This document shows, piece by piece, positions 24,213 through 33,574 of a stretch of 64,000 nt of DNA; positions within the stretch are counted from its first letter, which is position 1; every line of letters begins with the position of its first letter. The notes under the pieces are model-generated. The model was not told the DNA's origin and did not search any database. It saw nothing but the letters and a program-made list of their open reading frames with translations. The DNA lies in contig DATFGI010000028.1 of the NCBI GenBank assembly GCA_035249605.1, forward strand, positions 4,616 to 68,615, written 5' to 3'. The translations under genes were made by a program, and so were the position numbers. The stretch comes from Acidimicrobiia bacterium (GTDB taxonomy: Bacteria > Actinomycetota > Acidimicrobiia > Spongiisociales > ZC4RG35).

Positions 24213-26294
24213 TCATGCCGCCATCACCCGGGCGATCCCGGCAGCCACCCGGTCGACGTCGACCAGGGCGTGTCTCTCGATGGCGAACTGCGGCCAGGGG
24301 ACGTCGAACCCGGTGACTCTGACGATCGGGGCGTGGAGGTCGTAGATCGCCTCCTCCGCGACGACTGCGGAAACCTCGGCGGCGACGCCGGCGCTGCCCT
24401 GCGGCTCTTGGACCAAGAGCAGCCGCCCGGTGCGGCGGACTGAGTCGAGAACCGTTTCCCGATCCCAGGGGAACAGGGTGCGCAGGTCGATCACCTCTAC
24501 GGAATGTTCCGAGCGCGCCGCCGCCTCCAACGCCACCGGGACCATGCCTCCATAGGTCACCAGGGTGAGGTCGTCTCCTGCCTGACGGACCCGAGCCCGG
24601 CCGACGGGAATCGTGTAGTGGCCGGTGGGGACGTCGTCGCGGCCCGCTCTGTAGAGCACCTTGGGCTCGAGGAATATCACCGGGTCCTCGCCGGCGAGGG
24701 CCGAGGCGAGGAGACCCTTGGCGTCGAGCGGGGTCGAGGGGCAGATCACGACCAGACCCGGTGCGTGGACGAAGTAGGCCTCGGGGGAGTCACAGTGGTG
24801 CTCGTGGGCGCCGATCCCGGCGCCGTTGGGGAACCTGACGACAACCGGCACCGAGGAGAGCCCGCGCGTGCGAAAGCGGAACCGGCCGAGATGACTGACG
24901 ATCTGGTCGAATGCCGGGTACACGAATCCGTCGAACTGGATCTCGGCGACGGGGCGGCCACCCGCCAGTGCCATCCCCACCGCGGTCCCCACGATGCCCG
25001 ACTCGTTGAGGGGAGTGTCCACGACACGCTGTTCTCCGTACTTCTTCTGCAAGCCTTCGGTGATCCGGAAGACGCCGCCTGCCAAACCCACGTCCTCTCC
25101 CAGCACGACCACGGCCTCGTTTGCCGCCATGGCCTCGTCGAGGGCGGCGTTGATGGCAGCGGCCATGGTCATCGACTCGGTGGGGCCCTCCGGGATCCGG
25201 TCGTCACCGACCTGCCAGATCTCGTCGTCACGGAAGCGGGTCTCTTCCTCACCATGGGCGGCCTGCATGGCGTGGAGTTGATCGACGACATGACGGGGTA
25301 TACGTGCGAAGCCGTCACGCACCGCGTCGTCACGCCCGGGCAGGGGCTCGGCCTCCAGTGCGGTCACCGCGGCGTCCACGGCGTCTGTGATCTCCATCGC
25401 GACCTTCTCCCCGGCCCGCTCGTCCCATTCACCCCGGTTCTCCAAATAGCGACGGAGCCGCTCGATCGGGTCCTTTGCCTTCCACTCCTCGACCTCGTCG
25501 TCGGAGCGGTAGAGGGTGGGGTCGTCGGCGGTGGCGTGGGGGCCATAGCGGTATGTCAGCGCCTCGATCAGGGTGGGGCCTCGGCCGGCGCGGGCGCGGT
25601 CGGCGGCGAGCCTGGTGGCCAGGTACACCGCGATCGGGTCCATGCCGTCGACTCGCAGCCCCTCGAACCCGTAAGCCTGCGCCTTCTGGGCAATTGTCTC
25701 CGAAGCGGTCTGCTTCTCGTAGGGGACCGAAATCGCATAGAGGTTGTTGGCGCAGATGAAGATCGTGGGTGTCTTCCACACTCCGGCGAAGTTCATGCCG
25801 GAGTGAAAGTCGACCTCGGAGGTGGCGCCGTCGCCGAAGTAGGTGACCGTGACCGTGTCCTCACCACGCAACTTCGACATGTAGGAATAACCGACCGCAT
25901 GGGGGAGCTGGCTGGCGATGGGGACGGTGACGATCCCGGTGCGGTATTTCTCGATGTCCCAAGCCGAGTTGGGCAGGCCCTTCCAATACGCGAGAAGGAC
26001 CTCCATCGGGAGGCCTCTGGTCACCTGCACACCGTGCTCCCGGTAGCTGGGAAAGACGAAGTCTTGGGGCTCCAGGGCCAGGGCCGACCCGATTTGCACC
26101 GCCTCCTGTCCCTCCAGCATGGCGTAGGTCCCGATCCGCCCCTGTCTCTGCAGGGCGAGCATGCGGCGGTCGAGGGTCCGGGCCAGCACCATGTTGCGAT
26201 ACATGAGCTGATAGATCTCCGGGTCGAGCCCCGGGTCGTCACCGACCAGGTCACCTTGGGGGTCGATGACCCGAAGTGTCTCGAACTTCCCCAT
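24213..26294 (-). CDS. Fused alpha/beta E1 component of a 2-oxoacid (pyruvate / branched-chain / acetoin-type) dehydrogenase, ThDP-dependent.
   Basis: N-terminal half is E1-alpha-like (YREHG, YFGDGATSE ThDP motif). C-terminal half is E1-beta-like (VVLGEDVG..GGVFR, DTPLNESGIVG). ATG 26294 is preferred to TTG 26312. Confidence 0.85.
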   Translation of the reverse strand: MGKFETLRVIDPQGDLVGDDPGLDPEIYQLMYRNMVLARTLDRRMLALQRQGRIGTYAMLEGQEAVQIGSALALEPQDFVFPSYREHGVQVTRGLPMEVLLAYWKGLPNSAWDIEKYRTGIVTVPIASQLPHAVGYSYMSKLRGEDTVTVTYFGDGATSEVDFHSGMNFAGVWKTPTIFICANNLYAISVPYEKQTASETIAQKAQAYGFEGLRVDGMDPIAVYLATRLAADRARAGRGPTLIEALTYRYGPHATADDPTLYRSDDEVEEWKAKDPIERLRRYLENRGEWDERAGEKVAMEITDAVDAAVTALEAEPLPGRDDAVRDGFARIPRHVVDQLHAMQAAHGEEETRFRDDEIWQVGDDRIPEGPTESMTMAAAINAALDEAMAANEAVVVLGEDVGLAGGVFRITEGLQKKYGEQRVVDTPLNESGIVGTAVGMALAGGRPVAEIQFDGFVYPAFDQIVSHLGRFRFRTRGLSSVPVVVRFPNGAGIGAHEHHCDSPEAYFVHAPGLVVICPSTPLDAKGLLASALAGEDPVIFLEPKVLYRAGRDDVPTGHYTIPVGRARVRQAGDDLTLVTYGGMVPVALEAAARSEHSVEVIDLRTLFPWDRETVLDSVRRTGRLLLVQEPQGSAGVAAEVSAVVAEEAIYDLHAPIVRVTGFDVPWPQFAIERHALVDVDRVAAGIARVMAA

Positions 26295-26362
26295 TTGATG
26301 AGTCTGGCACAACTCGTCATCCGGCGGCCACGGGAGAGGTCGGTGGCCACTAACTTCAACCC

Positions 26363-27463
26363 ATGCCGCGATTCCGTCCTGAAATCGCCGCCCTCAACGC
26401 ATACAAGGTTGGGCGCCAGCTCGACGACGTGGCTCGTGAGCACGGGCTCGATCCCGCCGACATCGTCAAGCTCACTGCCAACGAGGCGCCGGAAGGGCCT
26501 TTCCCCGGAGTCATCGAGGAAGCGGCGGCCGCCCTGACCCGCTCCAACCGGTATCCCGACAACGACTGCTGGGCGCTGGGCCACGCACTGGCCGATGAGC
26601 TGGGCGTCGACTTCTCCAATCTCATGTTCGGGGCAGGCAGCGTCGCCCTCCTCGCCGAGATCGCCTCCGCACTCGGCGGGCCCGACGCCAACATCGTCTA
26701 CGGCTGGCCCAGTTTCGTGATGTATCGCTTCGCCGCGGTTTGGGCGGGCAGCTCCTACCGCGAGGTTCGCCTCGATGAGGACTTCGCCCTCGACCTCGAC
26801 GCCATGAGAGAGACCATCGACGATGCGACATCGATGGTGGTGGTGTGCAACCCGAACAACCCGACCGGGACCATCAAGCCGGCCGAGGAGATGCAGGCCT
26901 TTATCGACTCGGTTCCGGGAGACGTCGTGGTGGTCGTCGACGAGGCGTACCACGAGTTCGTCACAGACCCTGCGTATCGCACCGTCGTGCCGCTGGCGGT
27001 GGAGCGCCCCAACGTCGTTGTGCTCCGCACCTTCTCCAAGATCTACTCGTTGGCCGCCCATCGAGTGGGTTACGCCATCGCCCGTCCCGACCTCCTCCTC
27101 CAGTTGCGCAAGGTCCAGGCGCCCTTGACCGTGAACCACGTGGCCCAGGTGGCGGCACGCGCTTCGCTGGGTCAGCCCGAGGAGCTGGAGCGGCGTCGGT
27201 CGGAGAACGCGGCCCGTCGCCATCATCTCGCCGGTGCCCTGGCAGAGAGGGATCTGCGCCATCCAGAGAGCCACACCAACTTCCTCTTCTTCGACCTCGG
27301 CGAGCAGGCGGAACGTGTGGTCGCCGGCATGACCGCAGAAGGTGTGCTGATCAGGGGCATGTCCAACGGGTGGGTCCGGGTGACCGTTGGCGACGAGGAG
27401 GAGAACCGGCGGTTCGTCGGTGCCCTGGACGCCGCGCTGAGGCCGGCAGCGGACCGGGCCTGA
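26363..27463 (+). CDS. hisC: Histidinol-phosphate / aromatic aminotransferase (class II PLP).
   Basis: KLTANEAP, YPD, NPNNPTG, VVVDEAYHEF and LRTFSKIYSLA (PLP lysine) are present. Confidence 0.85.
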   Translation: MPRFRPEIAALNAYKVGRQLDDVAREHGLDPADIVKLTANEAPEGPFPGVIEEAAAALTRSNRYPDNDCWALGHALADELGVDFSNLMFGAGSVALLAEIASALGGPDANIVYGWPSFVMYRFAAVWAGSSYREVRLDEDFALDLDAMRETIDDATSMVVVCNPNNPTGTIKPAEEMQAFIDSVPGDVVVVVDEAYHEFVTDPAYRTVVPLAVERPNVVVLRTFSKIYSLAAHRVGYAIARPDLLLQLRKVQAPLTVNHVAQVAARASLGQPEELERRRSENAARRHHLAGALAERDLRHPESHTNFLFFDLGEQAERVVAGMTAEGVLIRGMSNGWVRVTVGDEEENRRFVGALDAALRPAADRA

Positions 27464-27589
27464 GCGTGGCCGTGTAGTTCGCCGCTCCCAGGCAACGGAG
27501 CGAAGAGTCAGCCCGGATTTGGGATTTGGTCTTTCGCGCCACCACCATGCCCACCGCGATCCCACACCTTCGTCTCAGGGAGTTCGACC

Positions 27590-30166
27590 GTGAAAGCACT
27601 CATGTCCGGCCTCGCCTCGGTGTCGCGCCGTGCCCCGTGGCTGGTCGTGATGGTCTCGCTGGTGCTCACCGCGGTGCTGGGGTACTTCGCAGGCCAGGTC
27701 GAGGTTGCCGGCGGCAACGAGGGATTCGCCCCGGAGGGGGCCGAGATCGAGGCTCAAGAGCGGATCGCCGAGGTCTTCGGCGATGAGAGCGGGGGCAGCA
27801 CGGTGCAGGTGATCCTGCGTGACCCGGAGGGTGACGTGATCACCGCGGCGGGGCTCGAAGCGGCGATGGCGACGGCCCGGGCGATGAGAGAGTCCGAGCT
27901 CGGTGAGCAGATCACCGACAGTCCGCAGCAGCCGGGCGTCGTCCACTACCTGTCCGGGGTGGAGGAGGCAATGGTGGCCCAGGGTCTCACCCTCGAGCAG
28001 ATGACCGACGAGATGGTCAAGATGCTCCATTCGGCCTCACTCGACCCGGCCAATGCCTCACCGGAGCAAGTTTCTTTCCTCACCCGTCTGTTGTCACAGG
28101 ACTTCGATGCCGACTCGGCGACCGCTTCGGGCGGGATGGTGCTCGCTTTCGTGGGCCGTTTCCCCGGCGCCGATGCAGATGAGGCGTTCCAGAACCAGGT
28201 CGACGCCGAGGTGGCGCTGGCCGACGATCTCAGCGGCGTCGACACACCCCTCGAGGTTCGCCCGTTCTCCTTCGGGCTGCTGCTCACCGGCGTGGACGAC
28301 TTCACCTCAGAGGTGGGTCAGCTGTTCGCTTTCGCCTTCTTGGTCATCCTGCTGATCCTCGGTTTCGTCTACTGGTTCTCACCCGGCGAGCAGGGCACCT
28401 GGATTGCCTCTATCCGACGCACGACGACCGATGTCCTGGTGACCCTGCTCACCATCCTGATGGCCATCGGGATCATGCAGGGAGCGGGCTACCTGTTGGA
28501 ACAGGCAGGGATCATCTCGGCATTCTCCGCTCCCACCCAGATCGTCCCCATCCTGATGATCGGTCTCGGGGTCGACTACGCCATTCACCTCACCTCGCGA
28601 TACCGGGAGGAGATCGGCGATGGGCTCACGGTGGACGGGTCCATGACCGGGGCGGTGACCTCGGTGGGGGTCGCTCTGTTCCTGGCCACGGTCACCACCG
28701 TCATCGGCTTTCTCACCAACGTCTTCAACCCGGTTCCTGCGCTGAGGGACTTCGGGATACTGTCGGCGGTGGGCATCTTGGTCTCGTTCGTGTTGATGCT
28801 CACCTTCCTGCCTGCAGTCCGGTTGATCCTCGACCGCGGTGCAGAGCGGAAGGGCTCTCTTCACGTCGCGGCCCTGGAAGCTCACGGGAACCGCGCCCTA
28901 CCACGGATGATGGAGAAGCTGGCACTCCTCGCCGAGCACGCGCCAGTCACGACGCTGATCGTGGCGCTCATTCTCGGTGTGGCCGGTTTCCTCGGCTTCA
29001 CTCAGCTCGAGACCAGGTTCTCCTTCACCGACTTCCTCCCCCAGGACTCCCCGTACGTCGAGACCCTGGACATCCTGACCGAGGATTTCGGCGGCGGGTT
29101 CGGGGAGCAGACCCAGGTCCTCGTCGAGCCGACCGCCGAGAAGCAGATCGACGGTCAGGTGCACAATGCCCTGGTCGCCGCCAACGTCGAGCTGGCAACT
29201 CTCGAGGACGTCTCGACGATCGACTCGCCACAGGGTGAGTTCCCAAATGCCAACTCCGTCGTGGCCATCCTCGGCCAGCTTCTCGCCGGTGGCGCCGAAA
29301 ACGCGCCATCAGGCGTGCTCGCCGCAGCCCAAGAGGTGGGATTGCGGCCAGACCTGACCGTCCCTCCCGATGCCGACGTGACCCCGCTGTACCAGGCGGC
29401 GCTGGAGGCGGCGCCCGAGCGGGCCGCCGGCGTCATCGCCATCGAGGACGGAGCGGTGCATGCTCTGCTCTGGGACATCACGACCACCGCCGGTGAGCAG
29501 GTGACGGAGCTGCGCGATGGTCTCGACGAGGTCTTCGCCCCGGTCAACGAGATGGGGGCATCCGCCATCGACACGTCCGAGAACATCGTTGGCGACGTTG
29601 TGGTCACTCGCCTGACCAATTCGCAGAGCGCTTCTTTGTTCATAACCATCGCAGTGTCGGCGCTGGTGCTGGTGACGAGCTTCGCCATCGAGTCGCGTCG
29701 CTGGTTTCTCGGGGTCATCACCATCGCCCCGGTGGCACTGGTCGTGTTGTGGACATACGGGCTGATGTACGCCACAGGGATCCCCTTCGGCCCGGTCACC
29801 GCCACCATTGCCGCTCTCGCCATCGGCATCGGCGTGCCCTACACCATCCACATCGCCCGCCGGTTCCAAGAGGACCGACGCGCCAACCAAGACATGGATG
29901 TGGCGATGCGCGCCACCATGCGTCACACCGGGGGCGCGTTGGCCGGTTCGGCCTTCACGACCATGGCCGGGTTCGGGGTTCTGATCACCTCGAGTCTCAC
30001 CCCGTTCCGCCAGATGGGGCTGGTCACCGTCTATGCCATCGGGCTCTCTCTGATCGCCGCCGTCCTCGTGCTCCCTTCGATGCTGGCCATCTGGGACCGC
30101 TGGCACCGGAAGCGAGGCGATGAACTAATTGGGTCGGAAGCCCTGGTCGAACAGCTTTCGGATTGA
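27590..30166 (+). CDS. MMPL/RND-superfamily membrane transporter.
   Basis: 858 aa with two 6-TM bundles, each preceded by a large soluble loop, and typical GVDYAIHL / GIGVPYTIHI motifs. Confidence 0.85.
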   Translation: MKALMSGLASVSRRAPWLVVMVSLVLTAVLGYFAGQVEVAGGNEGFAPEGAEIEAQERIAEVFGDESGGSTVQVILRDPEGDVITAAGLEAAMATARAMRESELGEQITDSPQQPGVVHYLSGVEEAMVAQGLTLEQMTDEMVKMLHSASLDPANASPEQVSFLTRLLSQDFDADSATASGGMVLAFVGRFPGADADEAFQNQVDAEVALADDLSGVDTPLEVRPFSFGLLLTGVDDFTSEVGQLFAFAFLVILLILGFVYWFSPGEQGTWIASIRRTTTDVLVTLLTILMAIGIMQGAGYLLEQAGIISAFSAPTQIVPILMIGLGVDYAIHLTSRYREEIGDGLTVDGSMTGAVTSVGVALFLATVTTVIGFLTNVFNPVPALRDFGILSAVGILVSFVLMLTFLPAVRLILDRGAERKGSLHVAALEAHGNRALPRMMEKLALLAEHAPVTTLIVALILGVAGFLGFTQLETRFSFTDFLPQDSPYVETLDILTEDFGGGFGEQTQVLVEPTAEKQIDGQVHNALVAANVELATLEDVSTIDSPQGEFPNANSVVAILGQLLAGGAENAPSGVLAAAQEVGLRPDLTVPPDADVTPLYQAALEAAPERAAGVIAIEDGAVHALLWDITTTAGEQVTELRDGLDEVFAPVNEMGASAIDTSENIVGDVVVTRLTNSQSASLFITIAVSALVLVTSFAIESRRWFLGVITIAPVALVVLWTYGLMYATGIPFGPVTATIAALAIGIGVPYTIHIARRFQEDRRANQDMDVAMRATMRHTGGALAGSAFTTMAGFGVLITSSLTPFRQMGLVTVYAIGLSLIAAVLVLPSMLAIWDRWHRKRGDELIGSEALVEQLSD

Positions 30167-30217
30167 GCCGAACCTGACCAGAATCATGTCGTGGGGCCGA
30201 GGTGTCCCACCTGGGAC

Positions 30218-31204
30218 ATGGACGCATCACGCATACAAGCCGAAGCCACGCGCCTGCTCCCGCTCGCCGAGCGGGCACTTCGCCGCTACCCGTTCGTAAC
30301 CCGCGAGATACGTCACCTCGCCACACACTCCAACGTGATGTTCCGGGTGGTGGCCGAGAACGGCCATCAGATGGTGCTCAGGGTGGGGACGCCCCACTCC
30401 AATTCCCGCTCCAACATCGAGGTGGAGGTCTCCTGGCTCGATGCCCTGGCCCGGGACACCGGTCTCGATGTGGCCCGGCCGCTGCGCACGGTGGCTGGTG
30501 AGCTCATCATCGACGAGTACGACCCCGACATCGACAAGGAGCGCTCCTGTGTCCTCTTCTCCTGGATCCCGGGCCAGCCGATGGGGTCGGGCTCGGGACC
30601 GTTCGGCTACCGGCTGCTCGGCCAAATGTGCGCCGCCCTCCAGGAGCATGGTCGCAATTGGACGCCGCCGGCGGGGTCCGAGTTGCGCACCTGGGACCAG
30701 GTCTTCTATTACCGGGATGAGCTGGGACAGGTGATCATCGAGAACCCGCTCTACGGGCATCTCTTCGAAAAGGCCCGGGCGAGCGCGATCCGGCGGGCCA
30801 CTGCCCTGGCCCAGGAGGTGATCTCCGAGTCGTACGATGCCGACCCTCCTCGCCTGGTACACGGCGACCTCCATGAGTGGAATGTCCACATGGCGGGTAG
30901 CCGTCTCTATGCGTTCGACTTCGAGGACGTGATGTACGCCCTTCCCTCCCAGGACGTCTCGGTTTGCCTCTACTCGTCCCGGAACAGCGAGATCAGGGAC
31001 GACATCCGCAGCGCGTTCCGCCGCGGCTACGACTCGGTGGCCCCTTGGCCGGTCGCCGACGATCGCCAGCTCGACGGTTTCCACGCCGCCCGCCAGATCA
31101 TGCTGATGAACTACGCGGGACGCACGCTTCACGTGAATGACGCGGCGGGCTACATAGACCAGGTGATGCCCTGGCTGGAGCGCTACGTCAGCCGCTACGG
31201 ATGA
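30218..31204 (+). CDS. Phosphotransferase-family kinase (APH / choline-kinase-like fold).
   Basis: Brenner-type catalytic motif LVHGDLHEWNV and a downstream FDFED. ATG 30218 is preferred to GTG 30191. Confidence 0.75.
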   Translation: MDASRIQAEATRLLPLAERALRRYPFVTREIRHLATHSNVMFRVVAENGHQMVLRVGTPHSNSRSNIEVEVSWLDALARDTGLDVARPLRTVAGELIIDEYDPDIDKERSCVLFSWIPGQPMGSGSGPFGYRLLGQMCAALQEHGRNWTPPAGSELRTWDQVFYYRDELGQVIIENPLYGHLFEKARASAIRRATALAQEVISESYDADPPRLVHGDLHEWNVHMAGSRLYAFDFEDVMYALPSQDVSVCLYSSRNSEIRDDIRSAFRRGYDSVAPWPVADDRQLDGFHAARQIMLMNYAGRTLHVNDAAGYIDQVMPWLERYVSRYG

Positions 31205-31839
31205 GATTCCAAGACCGACGCCAGGCCGGGGAGGTCCTCGGCGAGGCAGTGCGGGAGCTCGACCCGCACGATCCGGTGGTGTACGCGCTGCCCCGCGGCG
31301 GCGTCCCCGTCGGTGTCGAGGTTGCTCGGGCGCTGGATTGTCCCCTCGACGTGCTCGTGGTGCGCAAGCTCGGCGTTCCCTACCAGCCGGAGCTGGCTAT
31401 GGGCGCCCTCGGGGAGGGCGGCATCCTGGTGCGCAACTCCGAGATCGTCGTCGAGGCCCGGGTCACAGAGGACGACTTCGCCGCGGTGGTGGAGAGGGAG
31501 AGGCGAGAGCTCGACCGCAGGGTCGACCTCTATCGCTCGGCCGCGCCGGCAGTCCCCGCCGAAGGGAAGACCGCCATCATCGTCGACGATGGCCTCGCCA
31601 CCGGCTCCACCGCGATGGCCGCCGTGTCGGTGCTCGAGCGCAAGGGTGCCTCCGACATCTGGCTGGCGGTCCCGGTGGCGCCACAAGGGCCGCTGGGCGG
31701 TCTGGAGCGACGCGCCGACCGGGTGATCACCCTGCATCGTCCGGCGCGGTTCGGCGCGGTCGGCTCGTGGTATCGCGACTTCGGCCAGACCGACGACGAC
31801 GAGGTCAGGACCCTGCTCGAGGAGTCACGGCTAGGTTGA
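31201..31839 (+). CDS. Phosphoribosyltransferase-family protein.
   Basis: ATGA overlap with the kinase gene. FQDRRQAGEVLG...VYALPRGGVPVG and PRPP loop IIVDDGLATGSTA are present. Confidence 0.8.
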   Translation: MRFQDRRQAGEVLGEAVRELDPHDPVVYALPRGGVPVGVEVARALDCPLDVLVVRKLGVPYQPELAMGALGEGGILVRNSEIVVEARVTEDDFAAVVERERRELDRRVDLYRSAAPAVPAEGKTAIIVDDGLATGSTAMAAVSVLERKGASDIWLAVPVAPQGPLGGLERRADRVITLHRPARFGAVGSWYRDFGQTDDDEVRTLLEESRLG

Positions 31840-31865
31840 CCCGACCAAGGACACAGGAGAAGGAA

Positions 31866-32273
31866 TTGCCGTCACTGGAGAAGTTCTGCACGGTGGAGGG
31901 AGACCTCGCGACGGAGGTCATCGGAAGGGCTCCCGCAGGGATGCGCATCGACTTCCCGTTCCAGGGCGTGGCCACCAGCGAGCACTGGGCCGGGGAGCGG
32001 CCGGTGAAAGGTGTCGACTACGTGACGGTGCGCGAGGACGGGAACATGGTCCTCGACATCCACGCCACCATCGGGGAGAAGCGGGAGTCGGTGTCGTATC
32101 GCGGCGCCGGCGTCTCCATCGCCAACGAGGACCGCTCCGCCGATCCCAAGGAGCTCATCGTCTTCGAGACCGGCAACGAGGACCTCGCCTGGCTCAACAA
32201 CGAGGTGGCCGTCGCCTTCGGCCACGGCGCCGCAGGCAAGATCATGCTGGACATCTACCTGATCAAGCCCTGA
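31866..32273 (+). CDS. DUF3237-like small beta-barrel protein.
   Basis: Only the 3' part of ORF 31338..32273 looks like coding sequence. TTG 31866 lies just downstream of an AGGAGAAGG RBS. The family assignment is a memory-based inference. Confidence 0.55.
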   Translation: MPSLEKFCTVEGDLATEVIGRAPAGMRIDFPFQGVATSEHWAGERPVKGVDYVTVREDGNMVLDIHATIGEKRESVSYRGAGVSIANEDRSADPKELIVFETGNEDLAWLNNEVAVAFGHGAAGKIMLDIYLIKP

Positions 32274-32285
32274 AATCCGCGGCCC

Positions 32286-33071
32286 CTAAGGAAACGGGTT
32301 TCGGAAGTCCGGCTTGCGCTTCTCCAGGAAGGCGGTGACACCCTCCCGGTGCTCGGGGGTCTTGCCGAGACGGGCTTGCTCCCGCTTCTCCGCCTCGAGA
32401 CCCTCGGCGAAGCCGAGGGTCGAAGAGCCCCGGATCAACAGCCGGGTCGTCAGGAGGGCGTCGGTGGGAAGCTCGGCAAGCCCGGCGGCCACCTCCACGG
32501 CCCTCCCCACGATCTCTTCATCGGGGACGACGGCAAGGCATAGCCCCCGGCGCAACGCCTCCTCGGCCGACATGCGACGGTTGGTGAGGGTCATCTCCAA
32601 CGCAGTCGAGATACCAAGATGGTGGGGGAGCAACCAGGTGGAGCCGGAGTCGGGCACCAGCCCGATGGCGGTGAAAGCCGAGGTCAGATAGGCGGACTCG
32701 GCCATCACCCGCAGGTCACAGCCCAACGCCAGCCCCATGCCGGCGCCGGCGGCCACCCCGTTGACCGCAGCTACCACCGGCACGTCGCACCGTGCAATAG
32801 CTTGCACCATCGGGTGGAACTCCTCGTCGAGATGCCGGGCGAGATCGGGCCCGTCACCGTCGGCGTACTCGTCGGCGAAGGCGGAGAGGTCTGCGCCGGA
32901 GCAGAATGCCTTACCCGCGCCGGTGAGCACGGCGGCTCGGGCGTCGCTGCCGGCGCGGCCCAGAGCTGCGACCAGCGATCGGGAGAGATCGGCGTCGACG
33001 GCGTTATAGCGGTCGGGGCGGTCCAGGGTGACGATGGCAACGTCGCCGTCCATCTCGTATCGGACGCTCAT
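32286..33071 (-). CDS. Enoyl-CoA hydratase/isomerase family protein.
   Basis: VAIVTLDRPDRYNA, GAGKAFCSGADL and AAVNGVAAGAGMGLALGCD are present. GAGGAGGAGAG RBS precedes ATG 33071. Confidence 0.85.
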   Translation of the reverse strand: MSVRYEMDGDVAIVTLDRPDRYNAVDADLSRSLVAALGRAGSDARAAVLTGAGKAFCSGADLSAFADEYADGDGPDLARHLDEEFHPMVQAIARCDVPVVAAVNGVAAGAGMGLALGCDLRVMAESAYLTSAFTAIGLVPDSGSTWLLPHHLGISTALEMTLTNRRMSAEEALRRGLCLAVVPDEEIVGRAVEVAAGLAELPTDALLTTRLLIRGSSTLGFAEGLEAEKREQARLGKTPEHREGVTAFLEKRKPDFRNPFP

Positions 33072-33194
33072 CTCTCCTCCTCGACCTCGCGAATCGTAAA
33101 CGCCGGAAAACACCGATGGCGATTGGATAATCCCCTATCGTGGCTGGCATTGTCGCAGCACAAGCCGCGAACTATCGACCCATAAGGAGGCGTC

Positions 33195-33488
33195 GTGAAC
33201 AAATCCGAGATGGCAGACAAGCTCGCCAGGAAGGCGGACATCTCGAAGGCTCAGGCCTCGGACATCATCGACCACATCTTCTCCACGAAGGACGGGGAGG
33301 GGATCATCGCCGTTGAGTTGGACGGAGGCGGCAAGGTCAACATCACCGGCTTCGGCAACTTCTCGGTGAAGAGTCGGTCGGCCCGCCAGGGGCGCAACCC
33401 GGCAACCGGTGCGACCATCACCATCCCGGCGAGGAAGTACGCCCACTTCAGCGCCTCCAAGGGCCTGAAGGATCGGGTGGCTGGATAG
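33195..33488 (+). CDS. hup: HU-family nucleoid-associated DNA-binding protein.
   Basis: VNKSEMADKLA...ITGFGNFSVKSRSARQGRNPATGATITIPARKYAHF. AAGGAGG RBS precedes GTG 33195. Confidence 0.9.
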   Translation: MNKSEMADKLARKADISKAQASDIIDHIFSTKDGEGIIAVELDGGGKVNITGFGNFSVKSRSARQGRNPATGATITIPARKYAHFSASKGLKDRVAG

Positions 33489-33511
33489 CTCGGAACTAGC
33501 GAGAGAATCGA

Positions 33512-33545
33512 GACGGCGGGTCGTACGACCCGCCGTTTTCGTTTT
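33512..33545 (+). terminator. Rho-independent terminator after hup.
   Basis: ACGGCGGGTCG-TA-CGACCCGCCGT palindrome followed by TTTCGTTTT. Confidence 0.8.
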
Positions 33546-33574
33546 GCCCGGTTGGACGGGCCCGAGGCCTAGCG

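Noticed and set aside
24504-27565. Long ORFs 24504-26537 (+, 677 aa) and 26021-27565 (-, 514 aa).
   Set aside because: They are antisense to the fused E1 gene and to hisC respectively, and they cross intergenic regions. They have no motifs, and their codon-position GC pattern is inconsistent with coding.
31338-31865. 5' extension of track ORF 31338-32273.
   Set aside because: It overlaps the phosphoribosyltransferase gene in another frame with an Arg/Gly-rich translation. A good RBS precedes TTG 31866.
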